A stretch of DNA of 64,000 bases, from NCBI GenBank assembly GCA_965219415.1, contig CBDCNP010000002.1, forward strand, positions 4,160,001-4,224,000. The letters are read 5' to 3'. How positions within the stretch are numbered: position 1 is the stretch's first letter; each line of letters opens with the position of its first letter. Under the pieces are notes generated by a model. The model did no database searches. It worked only from the letters and a program-made list of their open reading frames with translations, and was not told the origin of the DNA. Shown here piece by piece: positions 39,734 to 48,324 of this stretch. Made by a program: the position numbers and the translations under genes. This DNA is from Candidatus Marinacidobacterales bacterium (lineage in GTDB: Bacteria > Acidobacteriota > Vicinamibacteria > Marinacidobacterales > DATDRI01).

Positions 39734-40039
39734 GGATCTGAAGATAACACCCTCGGGCCAGACGATTGTAAAGCCTACGGCCCTTGGTCCGGTCGCAAAC
39801 ACAGACACTAAGCTGCTGATTTATGGCCTATTTCAAAAGGGCCGAGTTTTAGCACAGGACGGGGTGCTTCCGCGGTGCTTGCGCTGTTTACTGTTGGTGA
39901 TTGTGTACGCATCCCTTTGCAAAAGAGGCGCTTACGCTCTATTTAGCGCGCAGCGAAGGTCACGAGCTCTATTTTAGCTGTAATTAATGCACCGTAAAAT
40001 CTTAGCGTCATCTCACCAACACTTAATGGCGGAAGCACC

Positions 40040-40285
40040 CCGTTGCTATTACAACTTCGTCCGACCGCACGGAGCTCTGAAGTTCGGACGTGAGATCCGA
40101 ACTCCGGCTATGCAGGCCGGTCTGACCACGCGACGGCTCACCTTTCGAGACATCTTCTTTGCGACGACGATTCCTTTGTGGTTGCGGATCGAGGTTTTCC
40201 TGCTCACTGGGGCGCGCAACCCGGTCTCTTCCACACCTGTACCACTGCCCGCAGCCGCGTAGCAACACTTGATGGCGGAAGCATC
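40040..40285 (+). mobile_element. 3' fragment and end of the IS1-family element
   Basis: YYNFVRPH...PAAA stop + IR; a shorter copy lies at 60055-60189. Confidence 0.85.
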
Positions 40286-40514
40286 GGGACGGTTTGTGAG
40301 ACCGGGGAACCATACATCGTTTTTCTTTGACAGGAATCTTAGGACATCACCGATTCATGCACCAACACCGTTCTGGCTTGCTAACTTCGTGTAACGCCAC
40401 TAAAATAGTGCCGTTTGAGTTTCGCTCGAAGCTCGAGCACCAACCTCCGGTCGCCCACGCGGTGGGTGCACCGGCTAACGTTGAGTTAGCTTCAAAACGG
40501 AGGAGACTTGAGGA

Positions 40515-40814
40515 ATGGCGAAAAAACCCATGACCAAAACCCAAATCGTGGCCCAGATGTCGGAAGCGATGCAGGTTCCGAAAAAGCAGGCCGCGGCATG
40601 GTTCAAGTCGATTGCCGATCTCGCGGCGAAGGAGACGAAGCGGACGGGCCAGTTCATCATTCCCGGAATTGGAAAACTCGTGAAGGCGCAACGAAAGGCG
40701 CGCAAGGGACACAACCCCCGGACCGGCGAACAGATTCGAATCCCGAAAAAGACGGTAGTCAAGTTTCGAGTAGCGAAAGCTTGCCTGGACGCCGTCGTCT
40801 CACCGAAGAAGTAG
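40515..40814 (+). CDS. hup: HU/IHF-family DNA-binding protein
   Basis: MTKTQIV, IPGIGKL, ARKGHNPRTGEQI, VKFRVAK. Confidence 0.92.
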   Translation: MAKKPMTKTQIVAQMSEAMQVPKKQAAAWFKSIADLAAKETKRTGQFIIPGIGKLVKAQRKARKGHNPRTGEQIRIPKKTVVKFRVAKACLDAVVSPKK

Positions 40815-40834
40815 CTCACAAGCGACGCCTCGGA

Positions 40835-41476
40835 ATGTCCTACCGAACGACGGATGCACGCTGGCGACGTGCCCGGCGTAAAAAGCGGGCGAAGGCGGAC
40901 ACTGAGAATCCGACGGAAACCAAAGCATTGCAGGTTCCAGAACCCCCACCAATTCGGCCGGAGGAGCCAACGGGCGAGGGAGATGTTGGCGAACGGGTTG
41001 CTACCCTTGGACATTCCTTCGCCAGCGAGTCGATGATGCACCACTACAACCTATCGACGCACCACGTGTTCCAGATGCCACGCTCGGATGTTCGCTCCGA
41101 GACATTGGCTGCGTTGCAGTCCATCATCGAGGTGGCCACCGGCGGGCAAGCGGTGCCGTTACCCGGATTCCCCGAATACTTTCTAAGCATCAGGAACACC
41201 TGGGTCGGCGCAGTGGGGTGGCTCATCCAGGGACCCGAGCACCGGGTCATGGTTCAGTGCGTGACAGCCTGGACGATTGAGGGCGCAGCAAAGGGCGTGC
41301 GCTGGTTGGGGACGGAGCTACCGGAGGAGTTGGACTTGCCTTGTTGTCTGGTCAAGCTTGGACTACCCCTGCTTAAGGATCCCGGTGCGGCAAGTTGGCT
41401 TGATGATGCCGAGCGGTGCATTAGCTGGGCGATGCTACCCACGCCTCCTCCGAGGAATGGCACAAGGTTGCCCTGA
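40835..41476 (+). CDS. Hypothetical protein
   Basis: ORF after hup; the reading frame is conserved in the diverged duplicate at 33666-33947. Confidence 0.55.
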   Translation: MSYRTTDARWRRARRKKRAKADTENPTETKALQVPEPPPIRPEEPTGEGDVGERVATLGHSFASESMMHHYNLSTHHVFQMPRSDVRSETLAALQSIIEVATGGQAVPLPGFPEYFLSIRNTWVGAVGWLIQGPEHRVMVQCVTAWTIEGAAKGVRWLGTELPEELDLPCCLVKLGLPLLKDPGAASWLDDAERCISWAMLPTPPPRNGTRLP

Positions 41477-42064
41477 TGGGTGTATCGCCTGAGCTTGGGA
41501 ATCAGACGCAACTCCGGGCGGGACTTCATCGCACCCTTCTTTAATCAACCCGTCACGTGCTGCTCATCTCAATTCCCTGTTCTTCCCTGTTATTCATGGA
41601 TTCTAAGCCAAGACCGGATAGCTCCAAACTGCACCATCCGCACCTCGTCCTGTGGCAAAACTCGGCCCTTTTGAAATAGACTATAAATCAGTAACTTACT
41701 GTCTGTGTTAGCGACCGGGCCGGTGCTTGCGCTGTTTGCTGTTGGTGATGTGTACGTATCCCATTTCAAAAGAAGCGCTTACGCTCCATTTAGCGCGCAG
41801 CGAAGGCCGCAGGCGCTATTTGCGATGTAATTTAATGCACTGTAAAGTTTTAGCGTCATCTCACCAACACTTAATGGCGGAAGCACCACGCACGGATTTC
41901 CTCCGTTTTGCTGGATCCTTGTAAGGGCGCAATAATCTGTGATGCCGAGAGGCGTTAAGCAGATGACGTTCGTCGGCACACGCAATCCAACTGAAACCAG
42001 CATCAAACACCTCTAGCGGCGACCAACACTTAATGGCAGAAGCATCCGTTCCGACCATGGTCCT

Positions 42065-44602
42065 ATGAGGAGCAAGCTACCAAAGCTCGCGGCCCTCGTG
42101 GTGCTGGGCTTGCTTCCCTTCGTTTTCCACTGGAGGCTGTTCACGTTCGACGCCGACGAACGAAAGATTTTCCGCGGCGATTTTCTGAATCAGCACTATG
42201 TCTGGAAGAGTTATGCGCTCACCCGAGTGGCGAGCGGCGAGCTTCCACTCTGGAACCCGCATGTTCTAGGGGGCGTCGCGATTCACGCCAATCCTCAGGT
42301 CGGGATTTTTTACCCTCCTACTTATTTGCTTCTGCCGTTTCAAGTCGACGCTCAGGTGAACTACATCGCCCTGGAGGCTTACCAGCTTCTCCACCAGGTC
42401 TTCGCCGGTCTTGGGATGTGGCTTCTCATGCGCTCGTTCGGTGCTTCGAATCTCGGAGCGCTTTTTGCCGCGCTCGTTTTTATGTTCACGGGATTTTTCA
42501 CCACGCCCGGACACCACGCGATCGTGCTCACGGCAAGCTGGATTCCGTGGACGCTGTACGCGGTAAAACGCGCGATGCTGGGTAAGGGGGCGGCACACCT
42601 CGGCGTTGTCACGCTCGGCCTCGCCGCTATGATCTTGGCTGGACACCCGCAAGTGGCGTACTATGGGATATTGCTGGCGCTGGCGTTCGCGGTGGCGATG
42701 GGAGGATTCAAGAGGACTTGCACACGCGTCGTACCCTCCGTGCTGTTGGCTCTTGGCTTGAGTGCCGTACAGCTTCTCCCGACGTACCAACTCGCCGAGG
42801 ACTCCTCGCGTTCCAAACTCGGCTACGAGTACTCGACATCGTTCGCGTTCTCACCCTACTTGCTCTCATCAGCGTTTGTCCCCCGGGCACAAATCCGGCT
42901 ACCGGGTCAAAACAGCGCCGCTCCTCTTCATCTATACGCCGGTATCGGTACGTTGCTACTCGCCGCTGTTGGTCTCATGCTCGCACCGGAGCGGTGGCGT
43001 TTGTTTTTTGCGGCGTCCGCTCTCGTGGCACTTCTGCTTTCGTTCGGTCGTGACTCGCCGCTATTCGATTTGTTTTACGCCGCAGTGCCTGGTTTCGAAA
43101 AGTTCCGCGTTCCCTATCGTCTTCTTGGCATCTACACGATGGGTGTGGCCGTGCTTGCCGGGCTTGGAGTGAACGTGCTCGAAGATGCTGGTCGCAGGAT
43201 CCGAACTCGCTTGCGAGGAATCGTCAAGGCGGCCTTCGTCGTATTGGCCCTGCTCGCCGCTTGGACTGCATGTCTTCACTCCAACGTCGTTCGTAACGGC
43301 ATGCTCGAGCCAGAGCAAATGGAGCGACTGGTTGGTGGGGGCTACTGGGCAGTGCTTCTGGGCATGCTGAACGTCATTCTGGTGGCTTACGTGGTTTGGC
43401 GACCGAAGGAGCGGTGGGTTGCTCCCGTTGTGCTCGCTATTGCTGTCATCGACTTGGGTGCCTTCGTCAAGGATCGCGGCGAGCGGCCGTTTCAGACCCT
43501 GGCGCGCGCGAACGTGCGACCGGTTCAACTCATAACGCGCGCGCAAGGCTACCGCAGCCGCTACGTTTCTGAATCGAACCTCGCGAACTACGCGACTCTT
43601 CACGGTGTCGACTTCGCCGGCGGCCACGAAGCACTCGTGGACGCCCGCTACTCCGAGCTCCTCGACCTGAGCGATTCGAGCGCGAACGCGTTAGCGCTTC
43701 TAAACGCCAAGTTCATCGCTCGCCGTGGGCCCACCACGAACTACCCTTGGTGCGGATCGCGCTTTGCTTCACCACTTCCGCTGCTCGATATCCCTCCCCA
43801 GATCGCGCCAGTCTCGATTCGGCTGTTACCTCCGGTCACGGCGTCGAGCTTTCGCCTCGATTGGCAGGCGCTCGGCGACCCGACAAGTATCGTGATCGAG
43901 CTGGGCGGAACCACCTACCGCCTCGGACCGGGAACTCCGCTCGACGTCCATTTCGAGAAGCCCGAGCTCATCGAAGAACTCACGGTCCGACTCGTTCGGC
44001 CAAGCCACGGCGTCCGCATCGAATCCATCGAAATCGATCTTAATCCCATAGGGCTTAAAGCCGATTTTCTCGTTCTTGAGAAAATAAAAATCAACTTGCA
44101 TACGTTGCCGCGTGCCTATTTCATGGTGCCGTCACCGGTGCCGAGTGAGCTTCAAACCCTCGAAAATTTGAAGTGTTGGAGCGTACATCAGGGAGTTCAA
44201 ATTCAAGATCCAGAGACGGGCAAAGGGGTATCCGGTTTTTTTCGCAAAAATGCGGTACGGATCAACCGCTATCAGCCGGAATGGATCGAACTCGAGACGA
44301 GCTCACCGCGCGATGGCTTCGTCGTGCTCGCGGACACGTTTCGCCCCGGTTGGATGGCCGAGGTAGACGGGGTGGAAACTCCAATTCTGAGAGCACAGTG
44401 GACGATGCGCGCGGTTTCGGTACCCGCGGGGGAGCACCGCGTGACATTTCGGTACCGACCAAGGTCTTTGCGCACAGGTGCCATCGCGAGTGCGGCCTCC
44501 TCGTTGATGGTGATCGGGTTGCTGGCCGCGGCGTGGCTTCCTGGCCGAAAGGCTAACCTCGACGCCCCTCCCGATGACGATTTCGTCGCTGTGATGCCGT
44601 GA
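42065..44602 (+). CDS. YfhO-family membrane protein (GT-C like)
   Basis: GELPLWNPH, many TM segments, PGWMAEVDG...VPAGEHRVTFRYRP. Confidence 0.85.
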   Translation: MRSKLPKLAALVVLGLLPFVFHWRLFTFDADERKIFRGDFLNQHYVWKSYALTRVASGELPLWNPHVLGGVAIHANPQVGIFYPPTYLLLPFQVDAQVNYIALEAYQLLHQVFAGLGMWLLMRSFGASNLGALFAALVFMFTGFFTTPGHHAIVLTASWIPWTLYAVKRAMLGKGAAHLGVVTLGLAAMILAGHPQVAYYGILLALAFAVAMGGFKRTCTRVVPSVLLALGLSAVQLLPTYQLAEDSSRSKLGYEYSTSFAFSPYLLSSAFVPRAQIRLPGQNSAAPLHLYAGIGTLLLAAVGLMLAPERWRLFFAASALVALLLSFGRDSPLFDLFYAAVPGFEKFRVPYRLLGIYTMGVAVLAGLGVNVLEDAGRRIRTRLRGIVKAAFVVLALLAAWTACLHSNVVRNGMLEPEQMERLVGGGYWAVLLGMLNVILVAYVVWRPKERWVAPVVLAIAVIDLGAFVKDRGERPFQTLARANVRPVQLITRAQGYRSRYVSESNLANYATLHGVDFAGGHEALVDARYSELLDLSDSSANALALLNAKFIARRGPTTNYPWCGSRFASPLPLLDIPPQIAPVSIRLLPPVTASSFRLDWQALGDPTSIVIELGGTTYRLGPGTPLDVHFEKPELIEELTVRLVRPSHGVRIESIEIDLNPIGLKADFLVLEKIKINLHTLPRAYFMVPSPVPSELQTLENLKCWSVHQGVQIQDPETGKGVSGFFRKNAVRINRYQPEWIELETSSPRDGFVVLADTFRPGWMAEVDGVETPILRAQWTMRAVSVPAGEHRVTFRYRPRSLRTGAIASAASSLMVIGLLAAAWLPGRKANLDAPPDDDFVAVMP

Positions 44603-44940
44603 GGTCAAAATACTCATGCGGCTTCCCGATGGTTGGAAACGTAGCAGCCCGCCAAGCCGTTCAAGGGAGCGCACCTTGCGCTCGGACTGAGGTAACTGGT
44701 CGCTGGCTAAGAATAGCAGCAGATTCTCCTTGCCTTGATGATTCCTCTTCGTGGTGATGGTAGACGACGTACTTCCTAAGCGCCACGGACCCTCAGATGT
44801 AGCTCAGCATGGTCTTCCAGTCCATCGCGACTCCTTCCGCTGAACTGGAATACGTATCCGACCGCGATGGCGGATTCAAGCGGCCCTTGGAAAGGTGCAA
44901 ACTGCTGACCCGCTGGGCGTTCGAGTATTTTGACCAGACG
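44598..44940. mobile_element. Non-autonomous element with E/F ends
   Basis: CGTGAGGTCAAAATACTC...GAGTATTTTGACCAGACG; same ends at 7887, 63613, 24625 and 57103. Confidence 0.7.
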
Positions 44941-44969
44941 CCCCTGAGCAGGACTTGAGCCGCGATCCG

Positions 44970-46697
44970 CTACGGAGTGAACGCCCGGTAGTAGTCGCCT
45001 CCTCCGAACGTCGCAGATAGTGCCCTGCCGGTGGCGAGGGCGCTGAAGAGGATCCGTTCTGCAGCGTTCTCATCCCCGACGGCGAAAACACCGTCCTCGA
45101 GAGGGAAGAGTTGCCGTGCTCCTCCCCAGGAAGAGACCAGGTAAAGGTGCCCCTTGCGAGCCAGGACGCGGAAGTTGGTCGTCCAAGGATTGTGCGAGCG
45201 GTAGTGGCCCACGTAAGAGTTCCACGACTCGGGAAGCTCGAAGCTCTCGGGCCCTTTGTACCGCTCGTGACGGAACCACTCGTCGCCGTGGAACGCCTCC
45301 ACCACAGTCCCGTCCACACGGTCGAAGACCAGCGGGAACCGCCCGAAATCCGGATGGTCGACGATAAATGCGTCGCTCATCAATGGCAACAGGCGAATCC
45401 GCTCGGCAGAGTGATCGGATCCGGATCCGTCGTTGGGGGCGACCTCGAGGAAAAGCCGGTCCCCATCCGCTAAGACGGCCACCTGCCGGGAGTCGGATCG
45501 GTAGGTACCGGTGTACTCCTCCGGGTTCTCGACGCGCTCGCGATCCTGCGGCTCCGGCAGCGCGGGCAGGTCCTGGCCACGGCGAACCGCAGCGGCGAGG
45601 TCGACCGCGAAGCGCGCCATGCGTCCCGCGGAGCCTCCGGTGTTCGTCATCACGACAGCCCCAACGCCCGCATCCATGTCCGCGAAGATCTGCGAAGTGA
45701 ACGAGAGATGGCCGCCGCCGTGACCCACCAGCGTGCGACCATCCACCTCCTGGATGCGGAGGCCGTAGCCGTAGTGGGCGTTCTCCCCGACCTCGATCGC
45801 CTTGTCGGTGAACAGGTCGAAGCTATCCTCGGATAGGACACGGCCCTCGGGTCCCTCGCCCCGGTTGAGTAACATGCGGACGTAGGCGGCCATGTCGGAG
45901 GGAGTCGACGCGATGCTGCCGTCGCCGGCTCCGTACTCGTGCCAGCCGCTCGGGACAAGGAGACCCCCGGGGAGGGCAGGACGATCATCGTGCAGCGGCC
46001 GATAGGCGACGGCCGAGAGCCGTCGGGTCTCGTGAGTAATCGACCCGTGGGTCGCCGTCATACCCAGCGGCTTCAAGATGCCGGCCTCGAGAATCTCCCC
46101 GAGTGGCTCGCCGCGCACCGCTTCGAGCAGCAGTCCCAGGGTCTTGTACCCGACGTTGGAGTAGTGGTAGCGCTCGCCCGGCCCCGTCACGCGCCGCGAG
46201 TGGCGCAGGGCCCAGGCCTCCCAGTAGCCGTGGGGTGCGAGGTCCGAGCCGTTGATGATGCCCGCCGTGTGAGTGAGCAGATCGTGCACGGTAATCGGTG
46301 GGAAGTCGGACTCGACCTCGAACCAGGGCAGATAGCTCTGCACGGGGGCGTGCAGAGCTATCGTTCCCCGCTCATGCTCCTGCAAGACAGCGACGGCGGT
46401 GAAGGACTTCCCGATCGAGCCCATCAGAAACAGCGTGTCCGGCCCCACCGTGCTGCGGGCATCGAGGTTGGCAAAGCCGTAGGTCCAGACCCCTAGCAGC
46501 CGATCCCCATCGGTTATCGCCATCGCCACGCCCGGCAGAGCCCATTCATCGACCTGCTGTTGGGCGAAGCGGTCCAGCAGGGTGAACGCCTCGTACCACG
46601 ACTCGTCGAGATCCTTCGCGACCTCCTGGTACTGGGGGCCGGTCGATCCGTTCCCGGCGATCAACAGAATCGCAATCGCGATCGTGCCGACATTCAT
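44970..46697 (-). CDS. Serine hydrolase, beta-lactamase family
   Basis: SIGK (SxxK), YSN, HGG. Confidence 0.9.
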   Translation of the reverse strand: MNVGTIAIAILLIAGNGSTGPQYQEVAKDLDESWYEAFTLLDRFAQQQVDEWALPGVAMAITDGDRLLGVWTYGFANLDARSTVGPDTLFLMGSIGKSFTAVAVLQEHERGTIALHAPVQSYLPWFEVESDFPPITVHDLLTHTAGIINGSDLAPHGYWEAWALRHSRRVTGPGERYHYSNVGYKTLGLLLEAVRGEPLGEILEAGILKPLGMTATHGSITHETRRLSAVAYRPLHDDRPALPGGLLVPSGWHEYGAGDGSIASTPSDMAAYVRMLLNRGEGPEGRVLSEDSFDLFTDKAIEVGENAHYGYGLRIQEVDGRTLVGHGGGHLSFTSQIFADMDAGVGAVVMTNTGGSAGRMARFAVDLAAAVRRGQDLPALPEPQDRERVENPEEYTGTYRSDSRQVAVLADGDRLFLEVAPNDGSGSDHSAERIRLLPLMSDAFIVDHPDFGRFPLVFDRVDGTVVEAFHGDEWFRHERYKGPESFELPESWNSYVGHYRSHNPWTTNFRVLARKGHLYLVSSWGGARQLFPLEDGVFAVGDENAAERILFSALATGRALSATFGGGDYYRAFTP

Positions 46698-46790
46698 TCT
46701 CTTCCTGCACCTCGTTTCGTGAGTCAGCTCAATGGTGGGACCTCATTGCGTGTTGGTGACGGTAGCAGAAGTGCACGTGGCGAGGCAAGA

Positions 46791-46927
46791 AGCGTCTCGA
46801 AGGAGTACAAGGAAGTCCTGGACTCAGGTCGTCGGGTTTCCTGTCCCCAGATAATCGCACCATTCACTTCCACCGACGGCTCTACGAATCCGACATCTGG
46901 ATGCTCACCCTCAACGAGGAGCAGTAA
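46791..46927 (+). repeat. Decayed copy of the kinase gene 3' end
   Basis: Aligns to 50718-50858 with substitutions and indels. Confidence 0.85.
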
Positions 46928-47160
46928 CCCTCTCTTGCCGAGAAAGAAAATTGAATTTTTCTCTTGACAGAATTCCACAACAAAATTTGCAGAGCTTGCT
47001 AACACCTTTGCAGTACTAGCTCTGACGCGCATGTTGACGCTCTAGTCAACGCCTGGAAGTTTCGATACAAAAACTTCGTCGAAGCACGTTCCTCCCGACT
47101 CACGTTGCCTCAAGGCCCAAAAAAATGCGTTGTTATATTGGTCTCGAGGGGGGACGACCT

Positions 47161-48324
47161 ATGTCTAGCAAGTTATTGAAATCGATGTCGGATGATGAGC
47201 TGCTTTGCCGCTTGTCGGGGTTGGTGCAAGAATCGCGACGCGTCGAAGCAGACTTGGTCGCGCACATTGCCGAGGTGGACGCGCGGCGTCTCTACGCACG
47301 TGAAGCTTGCTCGTCGATGTTTACTTATTGCACCGAAGTGTTGCATATGTCCGAGGCGGAGGCCTATCTCCGAATCCGAGTTGCGCGCGCATCGCTAAAA
47401 CACCCGGCGCTCCTCCGGATGCTGGAGGACGGCCGTATCTATCTGACCGGCGCGGCCAAGCTGTCTCCGCACCTCACGGAGGCAAATCGGGAAGCGGTTC
47501 TGCCGCGTGCTGCGCACAAGTCCAAGGCAAAGATCGAAGAGCTGGTGGTGGAGATTGCGCCGAAGCCCGATGTTGCGCCAGCCATACGCAAGCTTCCCGC
47601 GCCCGCCCAACTGCATCCGGACGCAGTAGTGTTACCGAAGGCCACGGCGCCGCGACCCGTTGAGCCCCTGGCACCTGCCCGCTACAAGGTGCAGTTCACG
47701 GCCAGCGCGGAGTTCAAGGACAAGATCGAGCGCCTGCGTGGCCTCATGCCGGAAGGCGACCTGGCCGCCATCATTGAAGAGGCTGTGACCGAGAAGCTCG
47801 AGCGGTTGGAGTCGAGGCGCTACGGTAAGACGCGGGCGCCGAGACGGGATCTCAAAGACACCGACACATCGCCGTCTTCACGCTACATCCCGGCCGCGGT
47901 GAGGCGCGCGGTGAGCGAGCGGGACGGATATCAGTGCACCTTCGTAGTCGCACAAGGTAGACGCTGCAAGGAGCGGCAATCACTTCAGTTCCATCACTGC
48001 GATCCTTACGCACGCGGCGGAGACCACAGCCCAGAAAACATTCAATTGATGTGCCCCACGCACAACCAGTATCTGGCGGATTGCGAGTACGGAACCCAAG
48101 TGATGGAGCGTCATCGCGGTGGAGCGGACCAGGCGCGCGAGCCTGCGCCCGCGTACTCATTGACTTTTCAGCCTGTGGCGGACTATTTTCATATCAACAA
48201 GGGAATCCCTTCATGGTCGGGCGCACACTTTCCCACTACAAGGTTCTCGAAAAGCTCGGCAGCGGCGGTATGGGCGAAGTTTATGTCGCTGAAGATACCA
48301 AGCTCAGCCGCCAGGTCGCGCTGA
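47161..48324 (+). CDS. HNH endonuclease with DUF222-like N-terminus
   Basis: RYIPAAVRRAVSERDGYQC...FHHCDPYARGG...NIQLMCPTHN; the tail overlaps the kinase start. Confidence 0.8.
   Translation: MSSKLLKSMSDDELLCRLSGLVQESRRVEADLVAHIAEVDARRLYAREACSSMFTYCTEVLHMSEAEAYLRIRVARASLKHPALLRMLEDGRIYLTGAAKLSPHLTEANREAVLPRAAHKSKAKIEELVVEIAPKPDVAPAIRKLPAPAQLHPDAVVLPKATAPRPVEPLAPARYKVQFTASAEFKDKIERLRGLMPEGDLAAIIEEAVTEKLERLESRRYGKTRAPRRDLKDTDTSPSSRYIPAAVRRAVSERDGYQCTFVVAQGRRCKERQSLQFHHCDPYARGGDHSPENIQLMCPTHNQYLADCEYGTQVMERHRGGADQAREPAPAYSLTFQPVADYFHINKGIPSWSGAHFPTTRFSKSSAAAVWAKFMSLKIPSSAARSR

Larger units (their letters stand above)
37173..39861 (-). mobile_element. Apparently complete rve/DDE element with ~100-bp inverted repeats, left IR interrupted by IS3
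   Basis: Left IR 37173-37206 + 38468-38535; right IR about 39760-39861; one intact transposase. Confidence 0.75.
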
